From Flectonema sp. DT1601 (taxonomy: Eukaryota), in contig OZ025792.1 in assembly GCA_964019425.1 (NCBI GenBank), positions 992,001 through 1,056,000 on the forward strand: a stretch of 64,000 bases of DNA, read 5' to 3'. Below the pieces are notes generated by a model that was not told the origin of the DNA, did not search any database, and saw only the letters and a program-made list of their open reading frames with translations. Both the position numbers and the translations under genes were made by a program. How positions within the stretch are numbered: the first letter of the stretch is position 1; the number at the start of each line of letters is the position of its first letter. This document shows, piece after piece, positions 44,601-54,843 of this stretch.

Positions 44601-47600
44601 ACACTTTACCGCATGCTGTTCCGCAGCAATCCTTTTCTTATCTGTTTTCTTCGTCACAATAGGTACGTTAATTGGTGGTGTTATTTCTTTTATTGGTTTC
44701 AATGATTTAAGTGATCGATAATCCTCTACTGAAGGCCTAACAACAGATATTGATACAAAAGGAAGACCCTCAGGATGATACAAAACCTCAAGGCGAGGAG
44801 TAATTACCGATTCAGGTATAAAACTGCTTGAATTAGGTGTATCAGGTGCGCAAAGTAAAGCAAAAGAAGAACCAGGATATTCAACAGAATCTGTTAGAGT
44901 TACTCTTCTAACAGATATTCTACTGGGTGATGGATCGTGTTCATGGATGCTTGCTAACTCAATATCACCATCACCATAACTTGATTCTAATGATAGATTA
45001 TCACTAAAAGTTATATCAGTCATCTCTGAGTGACAAGAACTGTTATTCTGAAACACTACCGTTCTTACCTTACGACGAATTGGTTCCTCTGGTATCAAAT
45101 ATTCTGGTCTACTTCTGCATATTTCATGAATTACTAACGTCGTGATTTCTGTTGTTCCCATAGCACGTCTATTGTTTGCTAGAAGCTGTATAATAATTTC
45201 GAAATTCCTAACTGGATATTTACACGCTAACGCTAGAGGTATTTCTCCACTTTCATCCACTTGAAGAACGTCTGCACCAACCGCTAGCAGTTGTGATACG
45301 ATAAAAACATCACTTTGACGGATACCAGCTTGTAGTGGTGTCATTCTGTATGCACCGATACCTGATGTGTTAGTGACTGAGTTCGAGTCCTGGTCGACAC
45401 ATTTTTTTATTATTTGTTTAGCAGTGTTTGAAAAGTCTGCTTTGCTTGCGTTAACTTGTGAAATGAACAGCAACAGCTGTCTTTCCATTGATACGAGTAT
45501 GGTTGTATCGAGACTGTCAAGTTTAAGTAATACAGCAGCACATTCTATGCTGTGATTTCTGGTTGCTATTGCTAGTGGGGTGTCACCGTCGATGTCAGTA
45601 GCGTTTATTACTTTGCATAGAAGTTCTGGTGTTTCTAAGAAGACCAACCGCTGGATTATTTTATGAAGCTCATGAGACTTTCTCTCAGCACAAGCGACGT
45701 GCAGAACGTTTTGAAACTCAATATTACTGGATAGGATGTCAGTGTTTGTTTCATTGATGATTAGTTCACAAAGCTCAGCCATCATACTTCTGTTTCTCGT
45801 TTGTGAAAGCGCCAAGTGGAGAGGCGTATCTCCAGTAGTTGCAATTGGAAGACTGAGAAGATCGTAATCTGGGAAATCTTTACTCGCAACAACTGACAAT
45901 AATCTTCTCATTTGCGGAGTGAATCCCGACGCTGAACTAAAATCAGCAGAGTGCGATGGCTTTTGTCTCACACGGACGCACACATTCCTCTTCTTCTCAT
46001 AGAATGCAGAAACAGTTTCTACGTATCCTTGAGAAGCTGCAATGTGAATAGGAGCCATTCCACTATCACAAACATCATAAGGATTCTCTCCTTGTTGATC
46101 CATTAGCCATCTACAAAGAGATGCATTGCCATAATGTGCAGCCCAGTGAAGTAGTGTACGTCCAGAGATATCATCTGTTTGACCAGGTTGCCATCCGAGA
46201 TGAGTGTACCATAAATCAAGAGTTGAAAAATTGCTGCTTTTTACTGCTTCCAAAGGACAGAGTATAGATCTAACTCCCTCGTAGTATTCTGTTGTAGTAA
46301 GTAACTCTGGTTCTACCTGTAGAAAGATCTTCACTAAATCAGTGTGTCTGTTCTTCAAGGCAAGTTCAAAGGGAGTAAAAGAGTTAACATCCCTAATGTC
46401 GAGTAGTGATCGAGATCCTGGAGACACTATTTCTTCTTTTATTAATAGAGCTTTTTGGCGTTGAACGTGTATCATGTTTCTGAAGGCACTCGAAAAATTA
46501 CTTTTTGGATCTTCCTGAGCACCTCCTGCTGTAGAAGAGTCTGTTGGGAGTACGTTAGGAGAGAAACATCCAATTTTGCGACGCAGAAGTGAAACTCCTT
46601 TCGATAAATCTTTTTTTGTGGTCTCCTTATAGATGTCATCAGAAGACTGACTTTCAGATAGATTTTGCCCTCCACCATCTTCCCTTGCAGTTCCATAGCT
46701 GGTACAGGAAGATTGATCACTAGCAGTCTCCATCACGAAACTCTTCAGAATTATTGACGCTATCTCACAGTGTCCTTTTTCACTTGCAATGTGTAGGGCA
46801 GTCTGCCCTCGGCAGTCTAATGCAGCAAGGTCTACATTAGATTTACAAAGATGCATAAAAATCGGGATATTATTATAAAAAGCAGCATGATGAAGTGGTG
46901 TTCTTTGTGTTATATCATCAGGTATCATAAGTAAGTAAGGTGTTGATATAATTTCACTATTTGTTAACCAGTCAAGAGCTTCTTGGTTAAGATGATCATT
47001 TGCAATGTAGTCACGAAGTTGTTTCGCATTGCATATGTCAGTAGTGTCTTTCAAGCATCCATGATCTAAGAAAGTTATCCACAATATACAACTTTGATAT
47101 TTATGTCGACTCTCACTTAGTTGTGGTGTTGCTGCTACTACTACAGACGCTTGCAGTCCTTTCTTTATCACTTCCTTGTTATCAGAGAACATGTTAGCTA
47201 CACGACCAACACCATTTCCTTTTACGAGTCTTCTATCCGTATCTTCGCGAAGGATAGTTGGAATTCCATTTGAAAAGTAATAAGGACAACAATATGGTGT
47301 ACTTGGTAAACAAGTACAAACTCTTTTCCACGACTCAGACGCTTCTCGCAGTAGGGCAAGAGAGTTGGTCAGCTGTTCGAGCAAAGTCAGATGGTATTCC
47401 AGCTCTTCACGTCTTTTGTATATAACACTCCTTCCATAGGCTGCTTCCGTTTCTGCATAAAGTCTTAACCTGTCTCTTGATACTTCAACATTGACTCTAC
47501 TTTGATCAACTAATGATTGCATTTGTACGTATTCCTTCTCAACTTCCAGAAGCATTGGTGAAACTTCCACTCCCTTAAAACTCCACCTGCGACGGTACAA

Positions 47601-48086
47601 CAACCCAGAACTATTATTCTTAAGCTCTAACACTTTCCTGATATCGAATAGAGATGCCTCTTTGTGTGCGAGTACTCTGGCGATTCTGGTTTGAGTACCT
47701 GTCAAGTATATGTGAAGTTCGAACAAGTTATTTGAAGGGTCTAGGTAATCATTAGCTGCAGTTGCTAAGATAATGTACACGAGAGTCGTTGCAGCGTTTT
47801 TAGTTAATTTTCGGAGGCAAATTTGGAACTTGTGTGGAATTATCTGAGCTGTTGAGGTTGCCTTTACTCTCCTTCTCACACTTTTCCTCTTATTTCTAGA
47901 AACTGACGGAACTTGTGGTGGAACTCGAGGTGGTATACACGATGGTGAATCAGTGACTGTTTTAATTCTTCCATTTGCAAAGACTCCTTGACCCAACAAC
48001 CTCACTGGAAGCTCTTTTTTACTACTCCTTGTTTTCTGATATTCTCTTTTCCAATCTCGGATCTCACCATCCGAAAGCAGTTTCAT
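38658..48086 (-). CDS. Giant ankyrin-repeat protein (3142 aa)
   Basis: Uninterrupted 9.4-kb ORF with many ankyrin motifs (RTPLHHAA, GQTALHIA, GRTLLHWAA, GDTPLHLA, GLTPLMHA, GYTALHYS). Confidence 0.92.
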   Translation of the reverse strand: MKLLSDGEIRDWKREYQKTRSSKKELPVRLLGQGVFANGRIKTVTDSPSCIPPRVPPQVPSVSRNKRKSVRRRVKATSTAQIIPHKFQICLRKLTKNAATTLVYIILATAANDYLDPSNNLFELHIYLTGTQTRIARVLAHKEASLFDIRKVLELKNNSSGLLYRRRWSFKGVEVSPMLLEVEKEYVQMQSLVDQSRVNVEVSRDRLRLYAETEAAYGRSVIYKRREELEYHLTLLEQLTNSLALLREASESWKRVCTCLPSTPYCCPYYFSNGIPTILREDTDRRLVKGNGVGRVANMFSDNKEVIKKGLQASVVVAATPQLSESRHKYQSCILWITFLDHGCLKDTTDICNAKQLRDYIANDHLNQEALDWLTNSEIISTPYLLMIPDDITQRTPLHHAAFYNNIPIFMHLCKSNVDLAALDCRGQTALHIASEKGHCEIASIILKSFVMETASDQSSCTSYGTAREDGGGQNLSESQSSDDIYKETTKKDLSKGVSLLRRKIGCFSPNVLPTDSSTAGGAQEDPKSNFSSAFRNMIHVQRQKALLIKEEIVSPGSRSLLDIRDVNSFTPFELALKNRHTDLVKIFLQVEPELLTTTEYYEGVRSILCPLEAVKSSNFSTLDLWYTHLGWQPGQTDDISGRTLLHWAAHYGNASLCRWLMDQQGENPYDVCDSGMAPIHIAASQGYVETVSAFYEKKRNVCVRVRQKPSHSADFSSASGFTPQMRRLLSVVASKDFPDYDLLSLPIATTGDTPLHLALSQTRNRSMMAELCELIINETNTDILSSNIEFQNVLHVACAERKSHELHKIIQRLVFLETPELLCKVINATDIDGDTPLAIATRNHSIECAAVLLKLDSLDTTILVSMERQLLLFISQVNASKADFSNTAKQIIKKCVDQDSNSVTNTSGIGAYRMTPLQAGIRQSDVFIVSQLLAVGADVLQVDESGEIPLALACKYPVRNFEIIIQLLANNRRAMGTTEITTLVIHEICRSRPEYLIPEEPIRRKVRTVVFQNNSSCHSEMTDITFSDNLSLESSYGDGDIELASIHEHDPSPSRISVRRVTLTDSVEYPGSSFALLCAPDTPNSSSFIPESVITPRLEVLYHPEGLPFVSISVVRPSVEDYRSLKSLKPIKEITPPINVPIVTKKTDKKRIAAEQHAVKCKRIIEFVLLLVKPDFKTCGATLLKQTGGVLNVISQLLNAGLVLPSEPDGDGSVATVAMLRLLQYAIQNNLLEENTISNQTTQHTLTAINSILDVDTQLGESQSSLPTVRNTCERLYQRGGRYCESSKIATLAAKCNLWNLIDTALGDPKCCWSWTGKDLGSKNVFHFICRSGPSSLLAKVCRRIKKDETIKLITSRDRSGLTPLGCAIARLSLTHILELLVLSNCGNDLYDITSSVVSNGYSTLRLEPEPIPNSLLSETIPGSCHASISELMSKISHHDTGSHAADFIRETFTGYQVDDCLLQRPTDIFKNNEISYKSTTRSNTLFSSLPLTSGRRLCQQIKCALIQSGHLNMNLDFRVLLYAVINSDSVLIRCLVKIFISHSVDTINNCIRDEKPKFLPKYFENGTTALYIASLLCNRDCVFELLQCPWIDVHAGSNSDTPLSAAFRGGSLVVGMLLLTAGAFPNSTPDNISLRCYVGSYSIHSGFVSQKGNQISIVSGATPLLLFIRSLNTVQRAKKSLSVLLSRGCVITVPGVPILVNQQAVTGDNLIEVSPIHVMLEALPVNMCQNINAVYKEVINQLLENSPISSLRLSVLDIHENNVVESAILKTCFDFATFLVRLGTPVWESGFAIHMFCSKIIVAGVQACINQIEFMSPDEVLKRLNSKDATGLTPLMHAVRYDSVASIEIIKLLLNQGCSTEPRDKLKRTALMKFARVGIFQDVCLIASEEDLIVKKTRPQSASTDIKGKLSQPSNQLPPRPQSVSVTGTKTAQFRPCFLEDEQASSFCDESTETELSTEKRIIPSNRLTEVDINNWTLLHHAIVSNNTNCVVGVIPSGLPSDLRTKILNTGISPLYLAAELGNELVAMQLLPMCLHQLGYSKGNGETVIHIAAKNQLRNLTARLLQTVEGYENYFGQVSNTPDCKLNALCYSILFGGMRVLSPGSTSQYIFSSFQDTDDKENTSLSYILNNQWIYPRYIYEDLCNSPVVRGAYPEEACFFLSRGLQRHTKCSMQRKLERSIKDKDDHTCAALVKEGEDDLRRVMLTGLPTPDVLRSNIARKQQIQAFSDPENQISIPTLSECSEKLRSSLYRLIAVSFSNIKEFSLSHETRSCTVTLRYARQAAKLIDTNTVTLLDSFKLKTQKSKNIGPPYRDSFKQSCDNIIHTCALEGFQKTLNVVLKSDLDEEDKTLTSSFINILNMRDSHGYTALHYSVAKSRYQISTTLIKSGALIVGVRDTVGGLTAADIIPSYKSYLKLSLYLKANPSAFHPLVFVSDETAVAMRQPVNNNINISETYQKSIKNNRHNKYHSSGAMILPGDCVDASVPNWSPNLFDERMTLADVRMMMISTTDYKLGGRGNDKMALALSKRVLQVSDIALLSSVNAQVLDVHNSLIRTAEEVMQFNTNSPVVQLQSELTDSRSSHVNFINSSELSKSVYKHMLSMFSIFVNTASAESLGKSDRMRALTVCSYGIGGGCLGREILNTLSSLIRNHSVYGQMCTLLVKRIEILFVDSRAKVDDVNKSTPTITKTGLLTIPVFCDEDIIYCWDLYERIDQFFSLNAVSAVKLASDAYRNLIVNCEENTKGICPNISVYINDADDSLFSQLYNASMQNDDNAIYNLQQTIQSFDDSSKVQQRAKEVFLYMSQTTAMVENVIRDSLATCQLINQQTLHIVYHRGSWDENTVDDDTHNIPKLKNEFHNSAVDVLFKQLPQSTRESFCLNPLTTETAAIASQKSRKYAMSNLVNYPYPALAALLKTSINEQVNSVVASCQHPSLLVEVVPYGKCFKELRWCNPRNLNWLELRKRKLEEYASCIPTRQQQQQRVSIDENINSLPSDTNGLLLLWNLVKQTISLSKKCDELGLTIPIRNKESSSLSPVLFLIYSYSGFLPQLCLLRSVSLSWYYVINDLLTKSEVHESQLRTYSYLKSQNNSLEGSKRLREFDVLISMSVKDVKTLLIRYQFLISGVDKKQLGIEVPGIFF

Positions 48087-48251
48087 TATTTCTCATACAA
48101 CTGAAGGGAGAAAAAGACAACTTTAAGATGACATTTGATTAGTTGAAAATTAATACAAATAACATTCATCAGAACACCAAAAGGGTTAGAAATAAATAAG
48201 ATTTAAAACAATTATACAATACATTGTGTTTAGTTAAGATAAAATTGAAAG

Positions 48252-48530
48252 TTACCGAAGAGCTGTTGAATCGTTGTTAAATAAAGTATAGTTCGTACTG
48301 CTATCTCGAAACCACCAAAGATGACTGCTCCTCCCGTCACTTCGTAAATATCTCATCGGGTCTGCTTCTGAACTTCTTCCCTCTTCTCGTTTACAAAATA
48401 TTTTTATGACGAATAATATATTTACTAATATAGAAATACTAAGCCCAACAATAAGGCTAATTAAACTACTAACACAATCAGATCCAGCTTCCGTTAGTAA
48501 AGGTGTGAGTTGAGGTGCTGCCTCCGACAT
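48252..48530 (-). CDS. Small single-pass membrane protein (92 aa)
   Basis: ATG-initiated ORF between two genes, one TM helix followed by basic residues, U-tract upstream. Confidence 0.6.
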   Translation of the reverse strand: MSEAAPQLTPLLTEAGSDCVSSLISLIVGLSISILVNILFVIKIFCKREEGRSSEADPMRYLRSDGRSSHLWWFRDSSTNYTLFNNDSTALR

Positions 48531-48752
48531 GTAGGAGGGGCCCTGTTACGACAATATAGCTTTTTTATACAAACAAATAAATAAAAAAAAAAATTAAAAT
48601 AACTCTAATAAGAAGCTTACTTAGCAGTTTAGAAGTTGTTTGCTGAATATAAAAAAAAAAAAAAGTAATAAAACAAATTTCACTATGCAAATAATCGTAT
48701 TTTTGCTGTTAGAAAACAACAGTAAACAGACATGAGTGTAAATGAAAACAAG

Positions 48753-50120
48753 TCAACTGTCTTCAGAGGGTTTTAAAACAACAGAAATGACTTTATTATG
48801 ACCATTGTAACCCCCACGAGGTGGGATTATTGGAACAGGAGGTCGTTCCTTTGTTTTTGATGGTTGTTGTATCTGATCTCCAAGAATCACCTGTCCGGAA
48901 GGCTGTTGATTAGTAGAAATAATACCTGCTAACGGTCCTGAAGATTCTACATGATCTCGTAGTTGAGGAGTTGGTGGAATATACTCGATAGACCAACAAG
49001 AATCGTAAGATACAAGCCAGGGTACTTCAGAGAACCAGGAGCGCATATCATATAGTTTTAAGAGTGTTTTAAAACCCATTCCTTGTATTGGATTGTCAAC
49101 AACAAGTAACCAACTTCCAAATACACAACAACCAGAACTGTTTAGTGTTGCGAAAGAGACGATTACTTCACCAAGTTCACGACCACATTTACCATCCCAC
49201 ACTAGAACACCTTTCCCATGTTTTGGAATTGCTACAACAACACCCATACAAGTTAGAAGACTTCCAATACCATTCCTACAGACACTCTGACTTGCTTGAG
49301 TTACATTCAAACACTGCCTCGATAAGGCGTTATACCGACATACTCTTCCACATTCACCTGCCACAAACACATTATATCCAGTATTAGTAACCGCTGTGAT
49401 ACATAAATTACGAACTATCTTTGGCAAATGCATCACCACAGCTTCCCCAGTTAATTTAAGACAGTTGAGACCTCTTTTTTCAGATGCCAGAATCAGTCGT
49501 AGATTTGGAAGCAAACACGCTTTCTGTGAGATACTGTCTGGAGACTTGTGTTTTATAACATTTAAAACTGTTTTATTCTTCACACTATAAGTCATTACGA
49601 AAGGAGTAGAAAATAAAACACACTTCTCTGTTGGTTGCATATCAGAGAGGTCACTGTTAAGACACATTATGTAAATTATTTTAACCAAAACCTTACCCTC
49701 AAAGGTATCACCAGTGCCTAGTGTTATTGTGTGAGAGTTTGAGAATAATTCTGGAGCTGTTTCCTGTTCTTCGGTGTTGTTAACACTTTGAAATGGAAGA
49801 TCAGCAATCCGTCTGGTGAGCATTATTTTTGTGAATTTGGCATCATGTCCAGATGCTCCACCAGCTAAGAAGAAATGTCCGCTGTTGCATTCAACCATTG
49901 TTTCAATAAGTAAGTCAGTTTCAAATTCTCTAAAAAAAGTTCCATCAATCCTCCACGATAAGACAGCTTCTCCTACAGCAACAAGAATCAAACCAGATTT
50001 AATACAAACACAACTACAAGTCACTCTCCCCTTTGCTTCCATAACAATATCACCACGTTGGATTTCTCTAACAACTTGACAGTCAGAAGAGATCGCTTCT
50101 CTTGAAAATAATGATCCCAT
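48753..50120 (-). CDS. Putative WD40-like beta-propeller protein with N-myristoylation-like start (455 aa)
   Basis: MGSLFS start; beta-strand repeats such as VTCSCV..VLSWR, VLVWDG, LKLYDMR. Confidence 0.7.
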   Translation of the reverse strand: MGSLFSREAISSDCQVVREIQRGDIVMEAKGRVTCSCVCIKSGLILVAVGEAVLSWRIDGTFFREFETDLLIETMVECNSGHFFLAGGASGHDAKFTKIMLTRRIADLPFQSVNNTEEQETAPELFSNSHTITLGTGDTFEGKVLVKIIYIMCLNSDLSDMQPTEKCVLFSTPFVMTYSVKNKTVLNVIKHKSPDSISQKACLLPNLRLILASEKRGLNCLKLTGEAVVMHLPKIVRNLCITAVTNTGYNVFVAGECGRVCRYNALSRQCLNVTQASQSVCRNGIGSLLTCMGVVVAIPKHGKGVLVWDGKCGRELGEVIVSFATLNSSGCCVFGSWLLVVDNPIQGMGFKTLLKLYDMRSWFSEVPWLVSYDSCWSIEYIPPTPQLRDHVESSGPLAGIISTNQQPSGQVILGDQIQQPSKTKERPPVPIIPPRGGYNGHNKVISVVLKPSEDS

Positions 50121-53024
50121 TTTATGTGCATTAGATCACCTAATATGAATATAAATAACATGAGAATCTGACATCTACTTCCTGCTGTAGTAAAGTAAAA
50201 AGAGTAATTCGATAAATTATACAAAACCAAAACAACTAACAACAAAAAATCCAAAGAAATGGATGATTAATGCAGGAAAGATAAACTGCGATGTTTCTAG
50301 TCAAAGCATGACAGAGGCGCACGACATGCGCACGTTATTGAACAACGTTACTTTACTGATAATTTTAAAGCAACAATTCTTTACTCGAAACGTTTGCAGA
50401 GTGGTTTAACATAAGCTGTCAAGACAAACAACTATTGACATTTAATCAAGCAAAGCTTGATAACTCCTTAGTGGAAATATTTTTGTTTTATATACGCCAG
50501 GCGTTACGTTAGGTCAACAAAAGCATTTGTTACTGATATTTGATAAGTCTTTTTGTTCTTTGTTTTTTCAGCTCCATGTGTGAATGACAGGTTAAGTCTT
50601 GTCAACCTTTCTTCTGATCAAAAAAATGGGCACAAAAAAATAAGAAAATATAACACTCAAGCAAGAAACGCCACTGATATAGTAAAAAGAAAAAAAAAAA
50701 AAAAACTATTTGAAAAAGCAGTGCAGCAATGCAAGGAAAGGAAAGTGGCAGATTACGGATACGAACCCGCTCCACGCCTTGTGGGCAAAATAATAGAAAG
50801 TAAGGGAAAGAATAATGATAAAAAATTAACCCACAAAAAAGAACCAGCGAAAAGAAGGAAAAAAAAAAGAAAAAGTTCATAAAGAGCTCTTTAAGTACTG
50901 GAATCAACGACTTGTATAACAGAACGAAATTCCGCAGCAATGACAGTATCAACGTTATCAAAATACAACTTTACGAAACCTGTCGTATAGTCCATCATAT
51001 TATTCATTACTGTCTTGTGGACTTCTAACTATCCCAAAAGACTAAAGTATTTATAACACAACAATAGCACGTAGTCTACAGACTTTACCTTCTCGTTGTT
51101 TAGTTGATATTTGTTATTTGTGTATGCAGTAGTAATAACTTCAGTAAAAACTATTCGAAGTTAGTCATACACTCTCACAGAAACGTTTTTATATTTTCTG
51201 AAGTAAACAAACAAAAAAAAAACTACTACAAACACATAAAAATATCAACGCCAAGAAGGGATAAATTCTTTGAACATCACATTGTTTATTGTGTTCTTTG
51301 TTGCGAAAAATTGGCAACTTGGACTGTGCCTAAGCGGCAGACTTTGATTGAAAAAACTGAAAAATACAAAAAAACGAAGGAAACAAGAAAAACAACTAGA
51401 TATGGCAGATTAGATATGTATGATTTTTTATTTTTTTATCGTAAAGGTTCCACCGATACATGATACATTTCACTTTACTAAACACAACAAGAACAGGAAA
51501 AGGGGGGAAAAAGAAATCATAATAATAATCGTAGCCAAGCGACTAAGCAGAGCTAATTTTTTTTTTTTTTTTTTTTTTTGAATTTTCCCCCTTCATTTGT
51601 TATTTTTTCGGGGAGAAGGACGACGCAAGAAGCAGTTTTCTATACACCTTGATCCCCTACACCGAAGTGATCATCAGGATTTTTTCAAAGAAGCAAGAAA
51701 ATGGAAAGCAAATAACAAACAGGAACACAGAGCAAGCAATGCAACATGACATCACACTTTCATTTGTTGACCAGGCATCAATGGTTGAATTACGATTTGA
51801 CGCACTCTGAAAAACAACGTTCAAAAGATTTTATAAAAAATCAAAGAAGAGAGAAGATAAGAGAAGAGATACAAAGAAAGGATCGAGCGATCGTTTCTTT
51901 AGCACTCCATGTTGATAACAGGACAGGCTCAAAGTAAACAGCAGGAAGACAGAAGTGAACATTCACTACATGTGATCACATCCTGAAGATAATAATGCTG
52001 AAGAAATAAACCTCATTAAGACCCAGGTAAGAATCGGTGATTAAGATAATCAAAAGAAAGATTGAAGTGAGGATGACTAACAGGAAGGAACAACAAAGAA
52101 TTCATTGAACTGAAACAGTTGACCTGTCGTCATCCTTGGATAAGTAAATAAAAATAAAAATAAAGATAAAGAAAACTCAACCAAGGCGGAGTAATCGATA
52201 AACCCAGGCAACAAAGTCTTGGAATCTACAAGAAAGCAAGATAATATAAAATTAAAAAGGAAAAAGGGTTCCCCACGGTTCAACTTTGCTCTACCAAGAA
52301 ACACTCCAACCCTACAAGTCAACTGTCATTTGCTTAAAAATGACTGGTTCGTTGCTTGGTTCAAAAAAAGAAAGACTCCGAAAATAAAATGTTTTTCGGG
52401 GAGTGATAGTTTAACAAAAATGCAGAAAACAGTAACAAAACTTTAACATACTCAAAGATAAAGTAATAAGGAAAAACCTTATTACTAAGTTAATAGGGAA
52501 GAGGGTAAACTATAATATAAAATATATTTGTTGTATCTATGTTTACTAATGTAAATGTTACACTAGAAAGCTTTTGAGGTAAGTTGGTAACTTGATGTAG
52601 AGGGCAGCTAACCGTTTGAGCATACTTATGAAGAGGGAGGTAACTTGATATTGTAATTGTAATTTAAATATAAAGCAACTTGAAACTGGCTAAAAACTAA
52701 ATTAAAGTTAGGCCAAACTTGTCGAGGGTAAGTCGTACAATCCTGTATCAACGGTTATGTATAAGCAGCAATGGAAAAAAAGAGGCAAATTTTAATAATT
52801 AGCATAGTCGGGAAACAAGAGGATTCACAGATTGAAAAAAATACTACACTCAAAGGGAGGTGTGCATGAAGCGTTTTCTCAAATCGCACTAACATAGGGT
52901 TCCAAATAAAACAGACCCATACATAATATCAATGAACGCTGGAGACTGGTGCTGATATGGATGAATCATAAAAAAAGTAAAAAGGTTTCATACCGTCATA
53001 CATGCGAAGACGTTTGTTTCGGTA

Positions 53025-53190
53025 TTAGTTAGTAACTTAGCAAAGTCCAGAACTGATGACTGCGGGGGATCTGGAGTGACCCGCACCAGTAGAGGACCCA
53101 ATCGCGGAGATTGTGCTTTTATAACTTCGGCTGGAAGGATCAATTCCCACTTGTCCACCTTGCACAGATATTTGAACTAACAGGTTGAAA
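53025..53190 (-). mobile_element. Structured SINE-like element, copy 2
   Basis: Homologous to 2745-2905, with a degenerate TTAG tract. Confidence 0.5.
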
Positions 53191-54843
53191 ATAAATTAAA
53201 AAGTGGAGGAGAGATGGGATAAATAAGTAACATATCTTTTCTTCCCTCCGTGAACGAAACGAATTAAAGAAGCGATAAACCGTACGCAGTGTCTGCGAGG
53301 CGTTATTCCATCAAAGGATTAACGATATCAATCTAAATACGACTCGAAAAAAAGAAAACGATTTAACCTTCCGTAGTGAACTCAACAAACGGAAAAACTA
53401 AAATCATCAGGGACGAGTTTCTTAAGTGCTACCATGTTAAGGAAAACAAGTATCGTAGAATCACAATGATGATAAACTACGAGACCATAACCCGTGAAAC
53501 TGTGTCGACAATACTCCTCCTCCTTGCAAGATTATTCGTATAAAGTCGCGCCTAAAAAATACTAACAAAAAAAAGTGCAATTCTTTTGCTATCTTTTACA
53601 TGCAAGCATCTAAAGTGGATATTGAATAAAGTCTCGTCTACAAGTATTGACAATGTTGACTCAGTTTTCACTTACTTCAAGAACTACAAAAGTATTGTTT
53701 TCCAGAGTTTGCGGGAAAATATTTTTTTCTAAATCGTTTTGTTGGAAATGAGAGACATCAAGTAGTCTGAGCTGACCAACAGATCAGTAGCTAAACTGAA
53801 TTAACGACACCTTATGAGTAAGATGGAAATCAAATAACTTGCCGCGCGAAAACTTATCAATGCAATTTCATTAAAATAAAAATAAAAATAAATAAAATGT
53901 CGCGCAACTTCTTCAAGAACCCAAAATTGAATCGCGAAAAAAATAACAACAGAAGTATTCTTAATAAAAGACAGTACTGAACTACAACGACGATAAATCA
54001 AATCACTATGGCGGTGAGCAAACAAAAGAAAGAAAAAAGAAAAGAAAAAAAACCTTAGGGGATAACTTGATACTACGATTAAATATAAAGCAACTTGAAA
54101 CTGGCTAAAACGTAAATATGGATCAGCCAAACCTGGTTGCTATGAAAAGAGACCAACAGTCGCAATCGATAAAATCGTTTGGGGAGAAAATTACAACACT
54201 GGTAAACTCAAGAAAATAACTGCGAACTTGATTCTGTTCATATTTATGAACTAACACATTCGAATATCAACGTAGTCACATCAAGCTAGACTTCTTTCAT
54301 AGAATCACAGTTTGTATTCATTAAGCGAACACAAGGGAAACAAAACAAAAATAGGGCCAACCATGTTCTTCAACTAATTAATTGACAACACAGTACGGCC
54401 AGAGTCATAAAACAATTGAGGAAAGATAAATAGAAATTAATAAAAAAAGAATAAGAGAACACCGCAAAGTGCCAACCAAATAAAACCCATAACAAAATGA
54501 ACCTGTACCCTTGATCACTACCATGCGACGTATGAATGTCGAGGAAAGATAAAAAACTGAGAGCAAATGCAAACAAGAAATACAAAACTGAAGGCCTCGC
54601 GCAAGAAAAAAATTAAGAAAAGCATAGGCAACAACAGCCCCAAGGTTACAACATCGGGTCTTACCTTCCCATTACCTCCAGGGTATTAAAAGCGCTCGTG
54701 TCAAAGTGAGAAACGGGGCGTGTGACCGTAACAATTCAGCCATAGCTCAAAAACAACTCCTTGGAGACTCGGGCAGCAAAAAAAGAAGAACAGCAGTATG
54801 CAGTAGGCAGGCAGTGTAATAAACTGTTGATGAACAATAATAA

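Noticed and set aside
50745..50796. tRNA-like 3' half on minus (GGTTCGTATCC...GCCA)
   Set aside because: T-stem register is wrong and there is no D-arm or 5' acceptor strand
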